From a bacterium (lineage in GTDB: Archaea; Thermoplasmatota; E2; JACPAO01; JAHFTW01): a DNA stretch of 64,000 bases. Below the pieces are notes generated by a model that saw nothing but the letters and a program-made list of their open reading frames with translations, had not been told where the DNA came from and ran no database searches. Below are positions 26,159 to 35,598 of the stretch, in pieces (within the stretch, counting starts at the first letter, position 1; every line of letters starts with the position of its first letter). The stretch spans positions 32,001 to 96,000 of the forward strand of contig JAZJZE010000009.1 of NCBI GenBank assembly GCA_040390065.1, read 5' to 3'. A program made the translations under genes and the position numbers.

Positions 26159-27562
26159 ATGCCGGAGCTTGCGGAACTGCGGCGCATCGTCGAGGCGCAC
26201 TTCCGGGTGTACGAGGCTCGCGAGCAGGTGCACAAGGGCCACGTCGGGGCGCGCTTCTTCTACGTCATGGTGCCGCCGGGGGAGTTCGACCGGCGGTACG
26301 ACGCCGTGCAAGCGGAGATGAAGGCCAAGCACCCGGAGCTTCTCACGTTCGTGCGTCGCGAGGGCGGCGAGGACATCATCTTCGTCGCGGAGCGCCCGCC
26401 CGCGCCGCGCCTGCGCGTCGGCCTGCACCTAGGGCTCCTGCTCGCGACGGTCGTCACGACGGCTCTTGCCGGCGCCATTGCGTGGCATGGATACTCGCAG
26501 CCTCGCGACACCAACCCGGCCGGCTTCTTCACGACGGCCAGCATCGCGTGGGGCGCCCTGACGTTCGCGGTGCCGCTCATGGCCATCCTCGGGGCGCAAG
26601 CCGCCTTCACGTTCCTTGCCGGCCGGCGGCGAGGCATGCACCCGGCCCTGCCGCTCTTCATCCCCGCTCCGCCCATCGTTCTCCCCTTCGGCACGTTCGG
26701 CGCCTTCAGCGTCGTGAAGGAACCCTTCGCCGACCGCAAAGCCATGTTCGATGTCGGCGTCGCGGGGCCTCTTGCGGGCTTCGCTCTAGCCGTCCCCATC
26801 CTCATCCTGGGGATGTTCCTCACGTCGTCCGGCGCCCACGCCGTCCCCGACATCGGCCGGCCCACGGCATGGATCGACCAGCCCTTTGCGACGGACAACC
26901 GCACGACGGGCCAGGCCGCGCTGCACCTGGAGCACCCGGTCGCCGGAATCGCGGTGTGGAACGTGACCGGGCCAGGTGACGCCGGCGGCGATTGGGCGTA
27001 TTCGGCGCAAGCCACGCTTCACCTCGCAAACGGCACGGTCTTGTCGGACGACCTGGCGAGCCACAAGCTCGCCGCCGGAAAATCGGAGCGCCGCACCATC
27101 CTCATCCCGGCCAACGTGACGTCCGCGGACATCACTCTCACGTGGGACGACCATTTCGTGCGTTTCGGCGACCCGCTCCTGGTCATTCTGCTGCAGCCCC
27201 TCTTCCCCCACGACGGCGACTATCTCACCCATCCCCTGTTCCTTGCCGGCTGGGTCGGCCTTCTGATCGGCAGCATCAAGCTCCTGCCCATCGGCCAACT
27301 CGACGGCGGACGCGTCTCCCGCGCCATCCTGGGAGACAACAGCCTGTGGCTTGCCCGCGGCGTCTTTGCCGCCCTCGTCCTGCTGTCCTTCATCGTGTTC
27401 GACACGTGGATCTTCATCGCCTTCTTCGTCTTCGCCCTCGGCCTGCAGCACCCGCCGCCGCTCAACGACCGAAGCAAGGTCGAAGGTCGCCGCCTGGTCG
27501 TCGCCGCCATCGCCGTGGCCATCCTCGTGCTGACGTTCATCCCCGTCCCCATCCAGGTCTAG
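26159..27562 (+). CDS. Site-2 protease (M50) homolog with zinc motif lost
   Basis: PFGTFGAF, FDVGVAGPLAG, LLPIGQLDGG retained; HExxH position reads QAAFT. Confidence 0.85.
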   Translation: MPELAELRRIVEAHFRVYEAREQVHKGHVGARFFYVMVPPGEFDRRYDAVQAEMKAKHPELLTFVRREGGEDIIFVAERPPAPRLRVGLHLGLLLATVVTTALAGAIAWHGYSQPRDTNPAGFFTTASIAWGALTFAVPLMAILGAQAAFTFLAGRRRGMHPALPLFIPAPPIVLPFGTFGAFSVVKEPFADRKAMFDVGVAGPLAGFALAVPILILGMFLTSSGAHAVPDIGRPTAWIDQPFATDNRTTGQAALHLEHPVAGIAVWNVTGPGDAGGDWAYSAQATLHLANGTVLSDDLASHKLAAGKSERRTILIPANVTSADITLTWDDHFVRFGDPLLVILLQPLFPHDGDYLTHPLFLAGWVGLLIGSIKLLPIGQLDGGRVSRAILGDNSLWLARGVFAALVLLSFIVFDTWIFIAFFVFALGLQHPPPLNDRSKVEGRRLVVAAIAVAILVLTFIPVPIQV

Positions 27563-27563
27563 C

Positions 27564-28277
27564 ATGCTCGACCCCCTCCGCCTCGACGCCGTCGTCTTCG
27601 ACCTCGACGACACGCTCGTCAACTGGCGAGAGGCCGAGGCGGGCGCCATCGGGGACCTGGCACGCAGCGAGTTCGCGCCGCGCGGATTCGGCGAAGCCCG
27701 TGTCCGCGCCACGTACGACGAGGTCATGGCCGAGAACATGCGCTCCTGGGCGCAACTGCGCCGCTGGTGGTACATCTCCGAACGCCTGCACCTGTTGTCC
27801 GAGCGCCTAGGGACGGCCGTCGACCTGCCCGGCACGCACCTCGCCGAGACATTCGGCCGCGACGTGACGCGCCGCTTGGCGCTCCTCGACGGAGCGGTCG
27901 AGGCATTGCGGGCCGCGCGGCGCCATGGCCGCAAGACGGCGCTCCTCACGAACGGCCGCGGCGAGACGCAGCGCCCCAAGATCCTACGCTTTGGCCTCGA
28001 CCGCGAGGTCGACTTCGTCGGCATCACGGGCGAACTCGGCTCGTGGAAACCCGACGCCGAGGCCTTCCACAAGGTGCTTCGCGAACTCGGCGTCGAGCCG
28101 CACCGTGCCACCATGGTCGGCGACTCCGTCGACTTCGACCTCGTCCCCGCGAAGGCGTTGGGCATGCAGACGGTCATGGTTGGTGGAGCGCCCAACGAGG
28201 CAGCCGACCACCACGTCGCGACACCGGGCCACCTGGTCGGCCTATTGCCGGCGCCTGCGCCGCCCGTCAAGCGCTGA
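27564..28277 (+). CDS. HAD family hydrolase
   Basis: FDLDDTL, LTNG, KP, VGDS..FD motifs. Confidence 0.92.
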   Translation: MLDPLRLDAVVFDLDDTLVNWREAEAGAIGDLARSEFAPRGFGEARVRATYDEVMAENMRSWAQLRRWWYISERLHLLSERLGTAVDLPGTHLAETFGRDVTRRLALLDGAVEALRAARRHGRKTALLTNGRGETQRPKILRFGLDREVDFVGITGELGSWKPDAEAFHKVLRELGVEPHRATMVGDSVDFDLVPAKALGMQTVMVGGAPNEAADHHVATPGHLVGLLPAPAPPVKR

Positions 28278-28280
28278 CAC

Positions 28281-28595
28281 CGCGGGGCGAGTGTGGGGGG
28301 CCTTGGAGAACAGGAATCTCGTGGAGAAAACAGGAATGGGTTCCTGTTCTCCGGGCGTCTCCGGTTCTCCCACGCCGCCTTTGCCTGGAAAACCAGGAAA
28401 AGCGTCTTCCCTTCTTCGGCGTTTTTCTGGACGTTCACGCCCCCGGCGGCCCCGCGCGCGGCTTCGCCTCGCGCGCTTGCCACGCCCTCGCACGCCCGCG
28501 CTGCGCGGCGGGCTGCTCGCCCCGACCGGGGGCGCTCCGCTTCGCGTCGTTCGATTCCCTCCTGGATGTCGGCACCGCCGGAGGCCGGGGAATCG
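28281..28595 (+). repeat. Structured intergenic repeat family B, copy 2
   Basis: Core hairpin plus CCCCGGCGGCCCC and GCTCGCCCCGACCGGGGGC modules. Confidence 0.9.
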
Positions 28596-28690
28596 GCGGT
28601 TGGCCTGGGTCGGGCAGGTTTCCGCCCTTGCCGGGCATGCGAGATGCCGTGCGCGAAACGCTCAAGGGGATGCCGCCGCTCGGCGCCCCC

Positions 28691-29053
28691 ATGCAGACGT
28701 ACCCCGTCAAGCCCGGCCACGCCGCCAAGGTCGACTTTGCCATGGTCTTCGACGCCTGCTTCGACGCGCACAAGAAGGACGGCGACTGGTACTCGGGCGC
28801 CTTCGGCTCCATGCCACAGATCAAGGCGCGCTACGAGGGCAAGAAGGAGCTCCAGGTCGACACGCTCACCGACAAGTCGTTCGCCATCAAGGTCGCAGGC
28901 GGCGACAAGGCCGCCTTCGCCGTGGCCGCCGACACGCAGCGCCGCTGGAACGAGTTCCTCGAAGCCATCACCGGGTACGATGCCAAGGCGCGCAGCAAGA
29001 AGATCCAGGAATTGGCCAAGAAGGGCGCCAAGGAACTGCCCAAGGGCGCCTGA
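28691..29053 (+). CDS. Conserved archaeal protein (DUF5611-like)
   Basis: MQTYPVKPGH...WNEFLEAITGYDAKARSKK pattern. Confidence 0.7.
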   Translation: MQTYPVKPGHAAKVDFAMVFDACFDAHKKDGDWYSGAFGSMPQIKARYEGKKELQVDTLTDKSFAIKVAGGDKAAFAVAADTQRRWNEFLEAITGYDAKARSKKIQELAKKGAKELPKGA

Positions 29054-29094
29054 GCGACGATTCCCCTTAAGAGGGAGCCTTCCGTCGGCCGGCT

Positions 29095-29730
29095 GTGGTA
29101 CGCCTTGCGCGCGGCAGCCTACCCTGGCTTGCCGGCCCCCCGGTCGTCGCCTTCCTCTTCGCCGCCATCGGGCGTCGCACCGGAACCGACGTGTGGTACT
29201 GGCTGTCCATTGGCGCCATGCTGGTGTTCCTCTTCTTCCTGGCCTTCTTCCGTGACCCCCAGCGCGTCGTGGCCAACGGTCTTGCCAGCCCGGCCGACGG
29301 CAAGGTGCGCGCCATGGAGACCGTGGTCGACGCCGACGTCGGCGCCGCCGACCTTCTGTCCATCTTCATGTCGCCCAAGGACGTGCACGTCAACCGCATG
29401 CCCCTCGACGGGACCGTCCTCGCCGTCCTTCACTTCCCGGGCAGCCACGTCCCCGCGTTCAAGAAGGAGTCCGAACGCAACGAGCGCGTCGAGGTCCTGC
29501 TGGACACGGCCATCGGGCGCGTCAAGGTCACCTTGATCGCCGGCACGGTCGCCCGCCGCATCGTGCCGTACATCGAGGAAGGGCAACGCCTGGCGAAGGG
29601 CCAACGCATCGCGCTCATCCGATTCGGTTCGCGTTGCGACCTGCTGGTCCCCGAGGGCCGCATCCGCTGGAAGGCCCACGCCGGCGACCAGGTCCAGGCC
29701 GCGGCGACCTCGTTGGGGGACCTGGCGTGA
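29095..29730 (+). CDS. psd: Phosphatidylserine/archaetidylserine decarboxylase
   Basis: FFRDP, SPADG, DVHVNR, FGSR autocleavage motif. Confidence 0.92.
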   Translation: MVRLARGSLPWLAGPPVVAFLFAAIGRRTGTDVWYWLSIGAMLVFLFFLAFFRDPQRVVANGLASPADGKVRAMETVVDADVGAADLLSIFMSPKDVHVNRMPLDGTVLAVLHFPGSHVPAFKKESERNERVEVLLDTAIGRVKVTLIAGTVARRIVPYIEEGQRLAKGQRIALIRFGSRCDLLVPEGRIRWKAHAGDQVQAAATSLGDLA

Positions 29731-30548
29731 GTGACGAGGGGCGCCCCAGTGGCTCGCTTCGCGGCTACCTGCACGCCGCCTTGCGCGACGAATGGGATGG
29801 CCTCGAACGCATCAACCGCGACCTGCGGCTTGCGGACCTGTTCACGATCCTGAACGCCGTCATGGGGCTGACGGCCCTCATGGTCGCTGCCCACGCGGCC
29901 GGTGCGGACGAGGCGACGCGTTGGCACTCGATCCGCATCGCCATCGAACTCGTCATGGTCGGCGTCATCATGGACGGCGTCGACGGCGCCGTCGCGCGCC
30001 TCGGCAAGGGCAACGGGCCGCTCGGCGCTGTCCTCGACACGCTGGCTGACGCCCTCACGTTCGTGACCACGAGTGCCGTGCTTGCGTTCCTGAGCTTCGA
30101 CCTGTCGCGTTGGAGCCCCTCGCTCGTCGCGGCCATCGTCGTGCCCATCGGCTTCTACGCCGTCTGCGGACTCCTGCGCCTGGCCCGCTTCGAGTCGCTG
30201 CGCGACGACGGCAAGACGCGCCACTACTTCTCCGGCATGCCGACGCCCGCCGCCGCCGTCACCTTGCTGTCCTTGGTGCAACTGCACGTGGCGCCCTGGG
30301 TCATCGTGGTAGCGGCCTTCTATCTCGGCATCCTCATGGTGACCCGCGTGCGCTTCCCCAAACTGCGCGGCTGGCTCGCCGTGGCGACCGTCGCCATCCT
30401 GCTTGCCATCCTGGTGTCGTTCGAGAACGCGACGCTGCAGACGTCGCTGACCTGGGGCCTTCTGGGCTTCATGGCCCTGTACGTCGTGGCCGGACCCTTC
30501 TACGTCCTGGCCCGTGAAGGCGCCCGCTTCGAGGCGGCCGCCCCATGA
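29727..30548 (+). CDS. pssA: CDP-alcohol phosphatidyltransferase (archaetidylserine synthase-like)
   Basis: DGVDGAVAR...G..LDTLAD, LRLARF, FSGMPTP; coupled to psd. Confidence 0.88.
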   Translation: MSDEGRPSGSLRGYLHAALRDEWDGLERINRDLRLADLFTILNAVMGLTALMVAAHAAGADEATRWHSIRIAIELVMVGVIMDGVDGAVARLGKGNGPLGAVLDTLADALTFVTTSAVLAFLSFDLSRWSPSLVAAIVVPIGFYAVCGLLRLARFESLRDDGKTRHYFSGMPTPAAAVTLLSLVQLHVAPWVIVVAAFYLGILMVTRVRFPKLRGWLAVATVAILLAILVSFENATLQTSLTWGLLGFMALYVVAGPFYVLAREGARFEAAAP

Positions 30549-32035
30549 CCCCGCTGCCCCCAGCGCCCCCCAGCGGCCAGGCCCCGTCGGGCATCCCCCA
30601 GAGGCGCAGGAAATCCTCCATCCGCACGGCCACGGAGTCGGTGCAGGAGCAGTTCCTCGACCGCGTCCGCCAGGTCGCGAAAGACCCGACCCTGGCCTTG
30701 CCGGAACCCTTGGGGGAAGAGGCGGGGCCGCTGCGCCGGCTGCGCCGGAGCTTCGAGGCCGGCAAGCTGCCGTTCTCCGCGCGCTTCGACAAGGGCCTGC
30801 TCGGGGCGCTGCGAGCTGTGCGCGACATCGCCACCCAGGACGAGGCGCCGCGCATGCTGGACGCCCGCGTCGACGGCAACCGGCGCTTCTTCCTGACGCG
30901 CGGCCACGTCAACAAGCTGTGCTGCCTCGGCGTGCAGAACTGGGACGACCCGCTCGCCCTGATGCTGGCGTACGGCCCCATCGCCATCAAGCATCACCTG
31001 CACCTGTTCGCTGGGTCCGACTTGTGGTGCAGTGGGACGAAGCCCGCGCCGCCCGCGCAGTGGTTCCGGGACCTGGCCGAGCGCACGGACTTGGACCTCG
31101 CGGTCGACGGGCAGGGCGCGGCCTGCCCGCACGCCGACCGGCCGCGCGTCAGCCTGGACTTCCGGCAGGGTCCATCGATCCTCGTCTGCGGCGCCTGCGG
31201 CCACGGCGCGCGCAACCTGCACACCCACCTCACGAACCGCTACGTCTGCGACCAGCCAAGCAGGCCTGTCGACGTGCGCGTCGTCCTGGCTGGCGGCGGC
31301 ACGGCACCCGTGGGCGACGGCCTCGTGGCGGCGTACCGCGTCGGCAAGATTGACGAAGCGGAACTGCTCGGATCCGCCCTCAAGGCCTGGCACAAGGAAG
31401 CGCGCAGCGCCGGCCGCTTCGCCGTGGCCGGCCGCGACTTCGGCACGGACCAGGACGCATTCCTCGACGCCCTTGCGCTCAGCCCGTGGGAGCGCGAAGC
31501 CGTGCGCCGCATCACGGCTGGTGGCCACGTCGGCGCCCACAGCGCCGCCGCCGACGTCCTGGCCGACCACCGCGACACCTTGGCTACTGGCGTCGAGGCC
31601 ATCCTGCCCGGCGAGGGCGAGGCCTTCGTGCGCAGCCACGCCGGCACGGAGGCGCGCAGCCTGCTGCGCCTGGCCCACGACGAGGCCGAGCGCCGCTCCA
31701 AGACCCGCGACCTGCCCGCCATCGCGGCCGGCCTTGGCCCGCTGGGCCAATGGATCGACGGGTTTGCCCGCGAGGCGCGGACCCTCGAGCGAGCCCAGCT
31801 TCTTGCCAACGTGCGCAGGCTCATCCCGCAGAGCCGGCACCCGGCCCACTTGTACGCCTTCCTCTGCGCCATCGGCCTCGAAGCCGAAGGCGAGCGCAGC
31901 TTCAACCATGAACAGAAGGAGGCGGGGGCGCATTGGGCGCCGCTTGCGAAATCCGTGATGGCCGCAACCGGCGACGCGTACCGGGACGCCGTGCTTTCGT
32001 ACCTGCGCGAGACCGGCGCCGGCGAGACAGCCTGA
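30545..32035 (+). CDS. Hypothetical protein
   Basis: 496-aa ORF with host-like codon use and ATGA coupling; CPH and CxxC motifs. Confidence 0.75.
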   Translation: MTPLPPAPPSGQAPSGIPQRRRKSSIRTATESVQEQFLDRVRQVAKDPTLALPEPLGEEAGPLRRLRRSFEAGKLPFSARFDKGLLGALRAVRDIATQDEAPRMLDARVDGNRRFFLTRGHVNKLCCLGVQNWDDPLALMLAYGPIAIKHHLHLFAGSDLWCSGTKPAPPAQWFRDLAERTDLDLAVDGQGAACPHADRPRVSLDFRQGPSILVCGACGHGARNLHTHLTNRYVCDQPSRPVDVRVVLAGGGTAPVGDGLVAAYRVGKIDEAELLGSALKAWHKEARSAGRFAVAGRDFGTDQDAFLDALALSPWEREAVRRITAGGHVGAHSAAADVLADHRDTLATGVEAILPGEGEAFVRSHAGTEARSLLRLAHDEAERRSKTRDLPAIAAGLGPLGQWIDGFAREARTLERAQLLANVRRLIPQSRHPAHLYAFLCAIGLEAEGERSFNHEQKEAGAHWAPLAKSVMAATGDAYRDAVLSYLRETGAGETA

Positions 32036-32049
32036 GGCCTTGCGCCGCC

Positions 32050-32616
32050 CTAACCCATGACGAACGTCATGCGGGGCACGTCGTTTTGTGCCCGGACGAC
32101 GGCCGTGGCGGATACGACGGCGCTCCACAGTGGCAGCGTCACGGCGTGGTGGTCATGCAGCGCGGGGCGGTGCGTCACCGTGACGACCACGTGGTGGCCT
32201 TCCATGATGCCGATGTAGTCGCTCGAGCCGGTGAAGGGCACGCGGGTCACCGTCCCGGCCGGAAGGGCCACGAGGGTGGCATCGGCGTCCGGCAGGGCCA
32301 GGCAGTCGACGGCAACGCCAAAATCCTGCGTCCAGATGATGGCGCCGACTTCGAGGTCCTGGACGATGACGTCGAGCAGGCCGCAGCGCCCGGCGATCAA
32401 CGGCTGGATGTAGAGGGTCGCCGCCGTCGGGTTCGTGATGTGCAGCCAGCCGGAGATGGTGCCGTGCGACAGAGCGGAGGCGTTGATTTCCAGGGTGACG
32501 GGGACCTGCGGCGCCAGGGACAACGGCTCGCCGATCGGGGGCGGCTGGGGCGGTGAGCCGGTTTGCGCGCAGCCGGCCAACAGGCACACGGCGGCGACGA
32601 GGAGGATGGCACGCAT
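32050..32616 (-). CDS. Hypothetical lipoprotein
   Basis: MRAILLVAAVCLLAGC lipobox. Confidence 0.7.
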   Translation of the reverse strand: MRAILLVAAVCLLAGCAQTGSPPQPPPIGEPLSLAPQVPVTLEINASALSHGTISGWLHITNPTAATLYIQPLIAGRCGLLDVIVQDLEVGAIIWTQDFGVAVDCLALPDADATLVALPAGTVTRVPFTGSSDYIGIMEGHHVVVTVTHRPALHDHHAVTLPLWSAVVSATAVVRAQNDVPRMTFVMG

Positions 32617-32703
32617 GACGCCTGCATTGACGGTCCACCTCATCCACGTTGGGAATTGGTTGGGCGCAAGCCGTACCTCCACGTCCCTCGGCGGGGCGCC
32701 TGA

Positions 32704-33666
32704 TTACGTCGTCCCTTGCGCGAGGATGCGCGTCGCGAGGGCTGCAAGACCCGTGCCCTTCTTGGGCTCGGCCTCGAGCTTCTGCACCGCGACGGCGTCG
32801 TTGAAGGTCTGGCGCTTCTCTTCGTAGAAGATGCCGGTGGCCCAGTGGTCGTTCATGGCGGCGTGCAGGCCCGCGAACTTGTCGCCAACGGCGTGCGTCG
32901 TCTCGAGGTTGCGCTGGTTCGCCTTAGCGGCCTCGTAGATGTCATGGAACGTGACACATGGGCTGATGACCTGCACGAAGGCGTACCCGTCGTGCTGGAT
33001 GGCCTTCTTGATGATGTCCGTGAGTTCCTTCACCTTGCCAGAGTAGGCGCGCGCGACGAACGTGGCGCCCGAGATGATGGCGAGGGCCATCGGGTTGAGC
33101 GGCTGGTCCGCCGACTTGCCCGTGCCGGCAAAGGGCGTCGACTTCGTCTTGAGGCCCAGTTCGGACGTCGGCGAGGCTTGGCCCTTCGTGAGGCCGTAGA
33201 TCTCGTTGTCCATCATGATGTAGGAGATCTTCGGGTTGCGCCGCGCGGTGTGCACGAAGTGGCCCGCGCCGATGGCCATGCCGTCGCCGTCGCCACCGAC
33301 GGCGATGACGGTCTTCTCGGGCATGGCAAGCTTCAGGCCGACTGCGACGGGGAGGCTGCGGCCGTGCACGGCGTGGAAGCCGTAGGCGTTCATGAAGTGG
33401 GGAAAGCGGCTGCTGCAGCCGATGCCCGAGACGAAGGTCACGTCGTGGGGCAGGATCTTCAGGTCCGCCAGGGCTTTCTGCATGGCGGCGAGGACGGCGA
33501 AGTCGCCGCAGCCCGGACACCAGACGGGCGGCAGGGTGCCCTTGTAGTCCTTGGCCGTGAGGTCCGCGCCGACGACCGGCAGCGGCTTCGCGATTGGTGC
33601 GACGTGGTCGGCCTCGGGCAGGGCGTGGCCGGGGCTTGGGACCTTGGCGAGAGCACCTTCGCTCAT
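32704..33666 (-). CDS. korB: 2-oxoacid:ferredoxin oxidoreductase beta subunit
   Basis: WCPGCGDF, GIGCS, GGDGD, NEIYGLTKGQ motifs; substrate specificity not determinable. Confidence 0.93.
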   Translation of the reverse strand: MSEGALAKVPSPGHALPEADHVAPIAKPLPVVGADLTAKDYKGTLPPVWCPGCGDFAVLAAMQKALADLKILPHDVTFVSGIGCSSRFPHFMNAYGFHAVHGRSLPVAVGLKLAMPEKTVIAVGGDGDGMAIGAGHFVHTARRNPKISYIMMDNEIYGLTKGQASPTSELGLKTKSTPFAGTGKSADQPLNPMALAIISGATFVARAYSGKVKELTDIIKKAIQHDGYAFVQVISPCVTFHDIYEAAKANQRNLETTHAVGDKFAGLHAAMNDHWATGIFYEEKRQTFNDAVAVQKLEAEPKKGTGLAALATRILAQGTT

Positions 33667-35435
33667 CGCAGGACCTCCCGGGCGGGCGGCGCCATGGCCT
33701 TGGCAGGCGTCTTGCGGTTGGCGAGCACGGTCTCGATCTTCTCCTTGATCTCAAGCCAGGTGAGGGGGCTGCCCTGCACCTTGTTGAGGCGGTGGAAGTG
33801 CTTGACGACGTGCTTGCGCAGCAGGCCCTCGAGTTGGCCGGTGTAGTTCATCTCGGCCACGATGACCTCGGGGGCCTTCTCGATCACGTCGAGGAAGCCT
33901 TCGCGGGGCAACGGGTTGAGGATCTTCGTGACGAGGTAGCCGACCTTCTTGCCCTCGGCGAGGGCCTGCGTGACGGCCTCCTTGGCGGGGCCCTTGGTGC
34001 TGCCCCACGTGACGACGAGGACGTCCGGGTTCTCGTCGCCGAAGCGCTCCGTCGCCATCGGGTACTTCCACGCGTCGTCGATCTTGTGGATGCGCTTCGC
34101 GATCATGGCCTCGTGGTTGGCGCCCGTGTAGTTCGGGTTGCCGTACTCGTTGTGCTCGAGGCCCTCGGCCGTGTGCACGCCGCCGGGCATACCGGGGATC
34201 GACTGCGGCGAGACGCCGTCCGAGGTGAACTTGTAGCGCTTGTAGTCCGCCAAGTCCTCGGATGTCGCGAACTTGCGGTTGACGATGGGCGTGCCCGTCG
34301 CCTTCAGGCTGGGGACATTGATGTTCTCGGTGCGGTTGGAGAGCGAATGGTCGGTGGCCAGGATGACGGGGACCTGGTACTTCTCCGCCATGTTGAACGC
34401 CCAGATGGTCTGGAAGAACGAGTCACGCACGCCGGCGGGGGCGAGCACGATGCGCGAGGCCTCGCCGTGCGAGCCGTAGACCATCTCGTTCAGGTCCGAC
34501 TGCTCGGGCTTGGTCGGCAGGCCCGTCGAGGGGCCGCCGCGCATGCAGTTGACGATGACGATGGGCAGTTCCGCCGTCGACGACAGGCCGAGGAGTTCCT
34601 GCATGAGGGAGAAGCCGGGGCCGGACGTCGCCGTCATGGCTTTCTTGCCGGCGTAGCTGGCGCCGAGGCAGTGCGCGATGGCGGACATCTCGTCCTCGGC
34701 CTGGATGCAGGTGTGGCCGAATTTCGGCATCTCGTTGGCGAGGGTCTCGAGGATGCTGGATGCCGGCGTGATGGGGTAGCCGGCGTAGAAGTCGCAGCCC
34801 GCGACCAAGGCGCCAAGCGCGATGGCGTCGTTGCCGTTGAGGAGGATGCGCTCCTCCTCGTGGTGGCCGATCTTGAGGCCGCCCTGGTGCTTCAAGGCCA
34901 ATGTCGCGACGTGCGTGTACGCGGCGTCGACGGCCTTGTCGTTGAGTTCGAGGAGCTTCGGGTTCTTGCCCTTGTACTTCTTCTGCATCGTCTTCTTGAT
35001 CTCGCCAGCCGGGATGTTGTACAGCGCGGCGACAGTGGCGACGGCGAAGACGTTCTTCGACTTCGGCGAGCCGATGGCCTTGACGAGTTCGTCGAAGGGC
35101 ACGGCGTACAGGTGGACGTCGGAGCGCGTCGGCGGCTTCGGCACCTGCCCGGGGTCGTACAGGATGACGCCGCCCTTGCCGACGGTTGCCGCGTGGTTGT
35201 CGATGGCTTCCTGGTTGAAGGCGCACAGGCAGTCGACGCCGGTGCCGGCGGACAGGACTTCCTCGTTGCTGCTGCGCACCTGGTACCAGCAATGGCCGCC
35301 CTTGATCTCGGCGGGGTACGACTCGAAGGTGAAGACGTTGAAGCCGATGTCGGAGAGCGCCAGGCAGCAGATCTCGCCGGCCGAGATGACGCCTTCACCG
35401 GATTCGCCCGCGAACCTGAACGTGTAGCTGGCCAT
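33663..35435 (-). CDS. korA: 2-oxoacid:ferredoxin oxidoreductase alpha subunit
   Basis: GESGEG, YPITP, QAEDE, TSGPG, RGGPSTG motifs. Confidence 0.93.
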   Translation of the reverse strand: MASYTFRFAGESGEGVISAGEICCLALSDIGFNVFTFESYPAEIKGGHCWYQVRSSNEEVLSAGTGVDCLCAFNQEAIDNHAATVGKGGVILYDPGQVPKPPTRSDVHLYAVPFDELVKAIGSPKSKNVFAVATVAALYNIPAGEIKKTMQKKYKGKNPKLLELNDKAVDAAYTHVATLALKHQGGLKIGHHEEERILLNGNDAIALGALVAGCDFYAGYPITPASSILETLANEMPKFGHTCIQAEDEMSAIAHCLGASYAGKKAMTATSGPGFSLMQELLGLSSTAELPIVIVNCMRGGPSTGLPTKPEQSDLNEMVYGSHGEASRIVLAPAGVRDSFFQTIWAFNMAEKYQVPVILATDHSLSNRTENINVPSLKATGTPIVNRKFATSEDLADYKRYKFTSDGVSPQSIPGMPGGVHTAEGLEHNEYGNPNYTGANHEAMIAKRIHKIDDAWKYPMATERFGDENPDVLVVTWGSTKGPAKEAVTQALAEGKKVGYLVTKILNPLPREGFLDVIEKAPEVIVAEMNYTGQLEGLLRKHVVKHFHRLNKVQGSPLTWLEIKEKIETVLANRKTPAKAMAPPAREVLR

Positions 35436-35495
35436 GCCTTGGTCCCTGTTGGGCCTTCGAGACGGAAGAGCCCTGCGTCGGCCCACTTCCGGGCT

Positions 35496-35505
35496 TTATA
35501 AAAGC
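35496..35505 (-). promoter_or_regulatory. TATA box upstream of the oxidoreductase alpha gene
   Basis: TTTTATAAAG on the minus strand in a GC-rich background, about 60 bp upstream of the ATG. Confidence 0.55.
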
Positions 35506-35598
35506 GTTCAGTTAAGAGGCAGGATTTGCACGGGTTTTGGCCCCGGGGTGCGACGGTTTCTCGTGGAAAACCGTCCCGAGGCAGGGGGTAAACACTGT

